Origin: an uncultured Rhabdochlamydiaceae bacterium
GTDB lineage: Bacteria; Chlamydiota; Chlamydiia; Chlamydiales; Rhabdochlamydiaceae
Reading direction: 5' to 3'
DNA: 64,000 nucleotides
Assembly (NCBI GenBank): GCA_963712275.1
Contig: CAVQHD010000001.1
Coordinates: 608,001-672,000 of the forward strand
Shown here piece by piece: positions 58,002 through 64,000 of this stretch. Positions within the stretch are counted from its first letter, which is position 1, and every line of letters begins with the position of its first letter. The position numbers and the translations under genes were made by a program. The notes beneath the pieces were generated by a model. That model searched no databases, was not told the origin of the DNA, and saw only the letters and a program-made list of their open reading frames with translations.

Positions 58002-59433
58002 TTTGAGGGACCCCTTTTTCATAGAGGATTTTTCTAATGAATCGTCCGTCCTTATCAAAAAGGGTTGCAGTTCCTTTTCCATTTTCAACTTTTGAAATCG
58101 GTTTTTTTTCCCATTTTTTAAAGTAAGACCCCTTGATCAAAAGGTCATCTTCATACTCTTCCATGAGCATGAGATCCCCTTCTTTGAACCACCCAAATGA
58201 GAGCCCATGTTTTTTATTATTGTGGATCTCCCGCTGACTTTCTAAAACACCGGTTTCATACCATGTTTTTGCAGTTCCTTGAATCGTATCTTGATCCCAC
58301 TCTAGGTACAGTTTGGGGCGGGCAGGTTTTGTCGCTATAGGATAGTATTCCCATTCTTCTCCTGTTTTCATCCCATCTTTAAGATGATACTCGCCAATCA
58401 GAGTGCCGGCGGAATTGAAGTTTTGTATAAGGCCCTCTATTGTGCCATTTTGATATTCGATGAGAGATGCCAAAAAACCATCTTGAAACACAGCTTGTTT
58501 TCCAAAGCTATTCTGAATTTCTGCAACAACCTCTCCATTGACATTAAAATATTGAGCTTGGACCAGAAGGCCATTTTGATAGAGCTCTTCGGATTTGAGT
58601 TTTTCAAGGGACCAAAAGGTGGTTGAAAGGCCCTCTTTTTCTCCATGGAGATAAGGTGTTGATTCGAGGCACTCTCCTGTCTGGCTATATTCGTGAAAGG
58701 TGCCGTGAATTTCATTTTTTTGATACGGAATCCTTTTCATCACCTGTCCTGTGGGGAAGTAGTGAAAAGATTCTCCTTCTAATACTCCTTTGCTATAAGG
58801 GATCGAAGCAACCTTACGCCCTTGCTCGTCAAAAACTTCAGAGAGCCCATCGAAGAGCCAGGTTCTCTGAGCCATTTCACTAAGGTCTGGAGTTCCTTCG
58901 ATGACAAAGGCTGAAATTTTAAGCTGCCCATTCGGATGCCATTCTTTGTAATCGCCGTAAGCCCGTCCATTACAAACCTCTAAATACTGCCAAAGCTCTC
59001 CGTTTGAATGGTATGTTGTCATTTTTGAGATGGTTTTCCCCACACCGGCTTTTTTATAAACGCGCACGACTTTTTGATACGGCTGCGCTTGCATAAAGTC
59101 GGTTTTGTCATAGGTGGCAAGACGGTCTTGCAGGCTAATCGTCTCTGAAAAACCATTCCGATCTAGAATCTGAATAGAGCTCATTTGATCGGGTGTTGTG
59201 GAAGCAGAGTAAGTGCAGCCGGCAAGAAGAAAGAGTATAAGAGCCAGTTGCAAAACTCGCTTTGGAGGCCAAATTCGATGAATTTGCCGCTGGTTCCTTT
59301 TCTCCGCAAATTGACATGCTCGACTCAGAGTAGGCGATTTGCGGAGAAAAGGAATCCAGCGGCAAAAGCGCGGATTTGGCCCCAAATTGGAGTTTTGCAA
59401 CTGGCTCATAAGCCCTGTTTTGTAGAGATTCAT
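57991..59433 (-). CDS. MORN-variant (YwqK-like) repeat lipoprotein with a 57-aa in-frame insert in its signal peptide
   Basis: Repeats of Y..G...G....Y..NG; LAGC lipobox; IQILDRNGFSETIS motif typical of the chlamydial family. Confidence 0.85.
   Translation of the reverse strand: MNLYKTGLMSQLQNSNLGPNPRFCRWIPFLRKSPTLSRACQFAEKRNQRQIHRIWPPKRVLQLALILFLLAGCTYSASTTPDQMSSIQILDRNGFSETISLQDRLATYDKTDFMQAQPYQKVVRVYKKAGVGKTISKMTTYHSNGELWQYLEVCNGRAYGDYKEWHPNGQLKISAFVIEGTPDLSEMAQRTWLFDGLSEVFDEQGRKVASIPYSKGVLEGESFHYFPTGQVMKRIPYQKNEIHGTFHEYSQTGECLESTPYLHGEKEGLSTTFWSLEKLKSEELYQNGLLVQAQYFNVNGEVVAEIQNSFGKQAVFQDGFLASLIEYQNGTIEGLIQNFNSAGTLIGEYHLKDGMKTGEEWEYYPIATKPARPKLYLEWDQDTIQGTAKTWYETGVLESQREIHNNKKHGLSFGWFKEGDLMLMEEYEDDLLIKGSYFKKWEKKPISKVENGKGTATLFDKDGRFIRKILYEKGVPQNDP
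59241..59407. repeat. Palindromic MITE with 4-bp target duplication (ATAA), in-frame in a CDS
   Basis: Terminal IR GAGCCAGTTGCAAAACTC; ATAA at 59237-59240 and 59408-59411; 167+4=171 nt. Confidence 0.9.
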
Positions 59434-60059
59434 TTTTGCAGCAGCTCCATGTCAATTGAGTAGACTTTTTCGCCCCCCTTCTCATCGCATTTTAGAAGAT
59501 CAAATTTTTTAATGAGAAGGAAGGGTTTACCCTGAGTTGCATCATACCGACCTCCTTCAAGAGCCTCAAGGATATTTCTTAAGTCGCTTAAATCCATTTG
59601 AACACGGTGGGATAGACGGTATTCGAAAGGGCGGTCAAGAGGTTCAAATTGCATCCGATTTTGAGGGCTGTCTAAAAATGAGATTCTCTCATGCAAAGAG
59701 GCGTTGTCAGGAAATTGGCGACTTAAGATCTTCGCACGGCGTTTTTCGCCCTCGAGGAGGGGCATTTGTTCAGCGACTTTTTTTAAGTAGTCACGCTCTC
59801 CCTGAAGAGCTTGCTTCTCCAGCTTGCGGTAACGGTTATTTTGCGCCTGAAGAGCAATAGCTCGACTTGAAAGTAAAGAAATTTCTTGACGCATCGATTG
59901 AATCTTACCATAGCGGTGAATGGCCTTTTGACAAGTCAGGGCCCAAACTCCGAGCAAAACGAGTGAGAGAGCGCCCATCCACACCCAAAAAGGAATCTCT
60001 TTTATTCGTTTTTGGAGAGAGGGAAAGAAAGTTTGTAATCTTGGAGAGAAGAGGTCCAT
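59430..60059 (-). CDS. Conserved chlamydial membrane protein (TM plus coiled coil; GspM/PilO-like architecture)
   Basis: Single TM, coiled coil, C-terminal alpha/beta domain; operonic. Confidence 0.5.
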   Translation of the reverse strand: MDLFSPRLQTFFPSLQKRIKEIPFWVWMGALSLVLLGVWALTCQKAIHRYGKIQSMRQEISLLSSRAIALQAQNNRYRKLEKQALQGERDYLKKVAEQMPLLEGEKRRAKILSRQFPDNASLHERISFLDSPQNRMQFEPLDRPFEYRLSHRVQMDLSDLRNILEALEGGRYDATQGKPFLLIKKFDLLKCDEKGGEKVYSIDMELLQK

Positions 60060-61228
60060 TTTAACTCTTGGGTTGATCCAATCAAGGAAGGAGCTTGCTG
60101 AAGTTGTTTAACAAATCGATCGGCGGCATCGGGTGTTTCCGCCCGAAATTCGAGCAAGAGCCGTGCGCGATAAGGAGCTACATTTTCTTTAGGGTATTCA
60201 AAGAGGTCGTATTCAATATGATGAAGGTCGACGGAAGGAGGGAAGGTCGATAGCCAAGCAAGAACGTCTTGAACCGTTGGGATATCAGGGACGGGAGCTG
60301 CTGCCTTCGTCTCCCGAATCAACTGCTGTCGAAAATGTTCGACGGTTTTAATTAAAGAGCCAGTTGCTAGGCAAAAGGGGGCGAGTTGTTTTTTCAGCTG
60401 ATGTTCTTGGTAAGAGAGGATGGCTAAGCTCATGGCTGCGGTGAGGAAGATGAGCCCTAGTCCAGCTCCTAAGGTTGCTATCAGCTGACGCCTTTGAGAT
60501 CTTTTTTTTCGAGTAGAAATAAAAGAGTTCGTGCGAAATTGACATCCCTTTTTTTCAAAATATTCAAGAGCAAGACCAATGGCTGGTGCATAACTGCAGA
60601 GCTCCTCAGGGCTCCATTGATCGCGGGAGGAAGGGGCCCCTACCCAGTCAAAGAGGGGAAACTTTTGTTTTACAAATTGTTGCAGGCGAAGCGTGTCTGG
60701 AGATTGGATGGCGCAAACGACTTTATCATCACTTAGAACAATAGCTTGGGTTTGGTAGCTGATGGCAAGCTCAGGTTGGTCTGGAAAAAGAAAGCGGCCC
60801 CACCGTGCAATGGCAAGGGGCTCGCAGGATACAATGTCGGGATCAATACCGATCGATTGCCAGTGCTGCAAGTGGGAGTCAAGGGTCTCTTTTAGAGCGA
60901 TCCAAACGACAACAAAGGTTTCTTTTGCCGATGTGTAGTATTGAGGAAAAACAAGGGCGCAATCGAGGGGCATTGGAAGAAGAGGCTCTAGTTGAAAGGG
61001 AAGCGCTTTAGCAACCATTCTAAGAGAGGTCAGAGGCAGGGAGAGATCCCTTCTTAGGACCTCGCTGCCTGCAAGCCCTGTGACAATAGAGATATTTTTT
61101 ATGGATAAAATCTCTTCAGGAAGGGAGAGTCCTTCTCCCAATTTTTCAATGAAAAGCCCCCTTTTCTCGCTTCTAACAAGCGCCCACCGAAGCCGATCTT
61201 CTACGTTTACAACGCCTACAGAATGCAT
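60002..61228 (-). CDS. GspL/PilM-PilN-like protein
   Basis: LP........ALPFQLEPLLP N-domain, APAIGLAL, TM helix, periplasmic domain. Confidence 0.55.
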   Translation of the reverse strand: MHSVGVVNVEDRLRWALVRSEKRGLFIEKLGEGLSLPEEILSIKNISIVTGLAGSEVLRRDLSLPLTSLRMVAKALPFQLEPLLPMPLDCALVFPQYYTSAKETFVVVWIALKETLDSHLQHWQSIGIDPDIVSCEPLAIARWGRFLFPDQPELAISYQTQAIVLSDDKVVCAIQSPDTLRLQQFVKQKFPLFDWVGAPSSRDQWSPEELCSYAPAIGLALEYFEKKGCQFRTNSFISTRKKRSQRRQLIATLGAGLGLIFLTAAMSLAILSYQEHQLKKQLAPFCLATGSLIKTVEHFRQQLIRETKAAAPVPDIPTVQDVLAWLSTFPPSVDLHHIEYDLFEYPKENVAPYRARLLLEFRAETPDAADRFVKQLQQAPSLIGSTQELKWTSSLQDYKLSFPLSKNE

Positions 61229-61254
61229 AAGAGCATTTTATCTCCGATTCTGAT

Positions 61255-61518
61255 ATGATTTCCACTATGATTCAGTTGATCATTCAATATTTATTTTTTA
61301 CCTATATGACGATGATTGCGATTCGCATTATCGCCTCATGGTTCCCTTCCGCTAGAAAATACCATTGGCTTTATTGGCTGTCGCGCTGCACCGATCCTTA
61401 TTTGAACTTATTTCGCCGGATCATTCCTCCTATTGGAGGTGTTCTAGACTTAAGCCCTATGTTGGCTTATTTTTCTTTGCAATTGCTTGAATTTTTGATC
61501 TTAAAATTGTTGCGATGA
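61255..61518 (+). CDS. yggT: YggT family membrane protein
   Basis: RIIASWFP...TDPYL..FRRIIPP.G..DLSP. Confidence 0.92.
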   Translation: MISTMIQLIIQYLFFTYMTMIAIRIIASWFPSARKYHWLYWLSRCTDPYLNLFRRIIPPIGGVLDLSPMLAYFSLQLLEFLILKLLR

Positions 61519-62540
61519 AGAAACTCCGCAGACCATTTAAGTTAGGCTCTCTAGAGCTTCCGTCTAATATTTTTTGCGCCCCCTTAGCAGGATGTTCCGA
61601 TCTGCCGTTTCGTCGGATGACGACGGCTTATAGGCCGGGTCTTGTCTATTGCGAGATGGTGAAAATGGATGCCTTGGTGCGACATGATCCTCACACCTAC
61701 GAGCTTCTCGATTACGAGCCTTCAATGCATCCGATTGGGGCTCAGCTCTGTGGAAGTAAGCTTGAACTTGCAGGAGAATCAGCTCGGATTTTGGAAGAGC
61801 TCGGGTTTGATGTGATCGATTTCAATTGCGGGTGTCCTGTTGATAAAGTCACGAAAGATGGAAGCGGTTCAGGGATGCTTAAGCAATTAGATCTGATAGG
61901 AGAGATCCTTTCTGCAATTGCGGCCGCTGTTAAAATTCCTGTGACGATTAAAATTCGGGCAGGATGGGATGAAAAGTCGATTGTCGGCCCAGAAATTGTC
62001 AAAATTGCCGAGGCGGCAGGCGCGCAGGCCGTTGCCGTTCATGGGCGAACTCGGGAGCAAGCTTATCGCGGGAGGGCAAACTGGGACTGGATCCGTCAGT
62101 GTAAAGAGGCTGCACGTAGTATCCCCATCATTGGGAACGGAGATCTTTTTGACGCGGAGAGTGTTAGTAGGATGTTTGATGCGACAGGGTGCGATGCTGC
62201 GCTCCTTTCTCGAGGAACGTTCGGCTCTCCTTGGATTGTCGAAGATGTGCATCGACTCCTTTCTGGAGAAACCCCAGCCGTGCGCTCTTCATTTGACTAC
62301 CGCAATGCGCTTCTTCAGCACCTAGATTATGTGCAGCAGTATCGAGCGCCGCGGAAAGCTGCGATGGATCTTCGTCGAATTGGGTGTTGGTACTTGAAGA
62401 GGGGGCAAGGAACAAGAAAGCTCAGAGAACAGCTGAACCATTCTAAAAGTGTAGAAGAGATCCGAGCTCTTGTTGTCGATTATCCCTGGCATGAAACCGA
62501 TTTTTCCCTCCCCGAAAATAGGGATTTAGCAATAGACTAA
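61515..62540 (+). CDS. dusB: tRNA-dihydrouridine synthase
   Basis: APLAG.SD.PFR, DFNCGCPV.KV, VTIKIRAGW, VHGRTR, GNGD. Confidence 0.92.
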   Translation: MKKLRRPFKLGSLELPSNIFCAPLAGCSDLPFRRMTTAYRPGLVYCEMVKMDALVRHDPHTYELLDYEPSMHPIGAQLCGSKLELAGESARILEELGFDVIDFNCGCPVDKVTKDGSGSGMLKQLDLIGEILSAIAAAVKIPVTIKIRAGWDEKSIVGPEIVKIAEAAGAQAVAVHGRTREQAYRGRANWDWIRQCKEAARSIPIIGNGDLFDAESVSRMFDATGCDAALLSRGTFGSPWIVEDVHRLLSGETPAVRSSFDYRNALLQHLDYVQQYRAPRKAAMDLRRIGCWYLKRGQGTRKLREQLNHSKSVEEIRALVVDYPWHETDFSLPENRDLAID

Positions 62541-62585
62541 AAACTTGGTTTTGTCTATTATTGCTCTTATAGAAAGGAAATAGTT

Positions 62586-62879
62586 ATGACAACAAAAATA
62601 GGAACTGCAATTTTGGGGATTATAAATTTTAATTTAACCCAACAGGCAATAAAAACGATGGCTGACGAGCTCAAGTTTCAAGATCCATTCGCAAAGCAAG
62701 AAGTTGATAAGCTGACAACGATGCTTTTTAATGACACGATTGGGAAGATTAAAAATTTCTTAAAATCAGATGAGGCTAAGCGCATGTCTCCTCACACGGA
62801 GTTCATAAGTGCTGGTGTTCTATCAGTTTATCGTCTTACAATATTAGATAAAATTAATATGAAATTAGACAGTTATTAA
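62586..62879 (+). CDS. Hypothetical protein
   Basis: 97 aa ORF with AAAGGA RBS; low GC. Confidence 0.45.
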   Translation: MTTKIGTAILGIINFNLTQQAIKTMADELKFQDPFAKQEVDKLTTMLFNDTIGKIKNFLKSDEAKRMSPHTEFISAGVLSVYRLTILDKINMKLDSY

Positions 62880-64000
62880 TTTTCCTATTGCCTTGTCGTG
62901 ATAGGTAAGTGTCTGGTCTTTATTGTTATAATAAAAGATTGGCAAATCATTATGCTCAACATCTTTTTTAACGCCCGATTCAAGAGATTCTTGATAGCGT
63001 GGATCAACGGTAAACCCGTCTATTTCAAGTTCTTCCCTTACACCGTCAATAAAAAGCTGGATTCCAGAGGCTTGACTTTGACTGGGAGCGCAACCGGTCG
63101 ATACATGCTTTAAGGCTAAGGTATCTAATAAGATGTACCGTCCATTTTCTACAGAGAGGTTGCTTTTTGCACTTTCAAGTTTTTCTTGAAGTGTTTGGTC
63201 GTTATTAAAATTTAATTCAATTTTTCTGAAAAAAGCTAGATTGCTTGTTAAAGATTTTAATTCGTTCTTAAGAGCTTGGACTGTTTTTTTTAATGAGCCA
63301 TGAGTTTCAAAAATTTTGCATTTTTTAACTTTTTCTTCTAGTTGTTTATTATTTCCCAAGTTGTCAAGATTTTCTAATATTAGGTTGATTTTTTCTTTGA
63401 TTAAGTGAATAGGAGTTGTATTTAGATGATTAATTCCTAGTATTTTCAGATCGCTTTTGAGCTCTTCTGAAATATAGGGATAATCCATTCCAATTTTTTG
63501 TAAAGTGGTTTTCTCTATCTGAAACTTATTTTTATTACCTTCTATAAGAGGAATCTTTTCTTTATTTTCGTCATTAAAAATGGATATTTTGCTGTTAGCT
63601 TCTGTTATAAAATCTTCAGAGAAAAAAAGCCTGTTTCTCGTTGGTTTATTATTTGACTCAAAACAATAGGCTGCAGAACTGGGTTCATTGAAAATACCAG
63701 TAGGGGTGCCCTTTGGGCAGAGAAACGCCTCTGCGTCAATGATACAAGGTTCTTTATTTCGAGTAATAATATTTGAACAGTGTAAATCGGAGATTCCCAA
63801 GGATTCTGCGATTTTTTGTAGGACACACATTTTCCTTTCATATTCTTGTAATTCTTTGAATGAATCAATTGTGTTCTTAATTATGTCATTCTCTAGAAAT
63901 TCACAATAACCATATTTTTCACCAAACTTATCTTGATCGCAATCGATGACCTTATAAGCGCCAAATCCAACATGCCCCATAATGCCAACTTTTTCATCAC
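62865..64000 (-). CDS. DUF4135 (LanM dehydratase-like kinase fold) protein, partial
   Basis: YGYCEF, GISDLHCSNII...P.IIDAE motif; frame stays open past base 64000. Confidence 0.65.
   Translation of the reverse strand, partial: DEKVGIMGHVGFGAYKVIDCDQDKFGEKYGYCEFLENDIIKNTIDSFKELQEYERKMCVLQKIAESLGISDLHCSNIITRNKEPCIIDAEAFLCPKGTPTGIFNEPSSAAYCFESNNKPTRNRLFFSEDFITEANSKISIFNDENKEKIPLIEGNKNKFQIEKTTLQKIGMDYPYISEELKSDLKILGINHLNTTPIHLIKEKINLILENLDNLGNNKQLEEKVKKCKIFETHGSLKKTVQALKNELKSLTSNLAFFRKIELNFNNDQTLQEKLESAKSNLSVENGRYILLDTLALKHVSTGCAPSQSQASGIQLFIDGVREELEIDGFTVDPRYQESLESGVKKDVEHNDLPIFYYNNKDQTLTYHDKAIGKLITV

Noticed and set aside
11100..59411. Repeats considered as CRISPR, attC or REP arrays
   Set aside because: They are dispersed single palindromes with target duplications. 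There are no spacers, cas genes or integron integrase.
62586..62879. Possible lanthipeptide precursor for the DUF4135 gene
   Set aside because: It has no Cys residues and no leader/core pattern, and it is convergently oriented.

Overview
This window is chromosomal DNA of an environmental Chlamydiota bacterium. Diagnostic features are the TopA-SWIB fusion, a double-length ThyX, the rluB-gpmA-iscS-nifU block, and the ygfA/MORN-lipoprotein/yggT/dus block. The core backbone is interrupted by (i) three membrane-anchored glycosyltransferases; (ii) a ~20 kb surface-polysaccharide locus (ManC, two Gmd, perosamine synthase plus acetyltransferase, Wzm/Wzt, several methyltransferases, one split by an intact-looking IS with 4-bp target duplication); (iii) an unexplained ~8.5 kb cluster: GT2, AsnB-type amidotransferase, epimerase, DxD protein, GT4, radical SAM/SPASM and a WG-repeat/O-methyltransferase fusion; and (iv) solo selfish or defence-like genes (AAA_14, YhcG, HipA, Rpn, AAA-PD-(D/E)XK). 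The strongest non-annotated signals are at DNA level. Five ~165-bp palindromic elements are present: two sit in-frame inside protein genes (+54 and +57 aa), one frameshifts a gene start, and one rewires the tyrP-uvrB junction. There is also a TnpB omegaRNA-like right-end remnant directly behind a putative promoter, with no tnpB gene. No rRNA, tRNA or CRISPR array was recognised. All calls come from motif reading, with no database searches.
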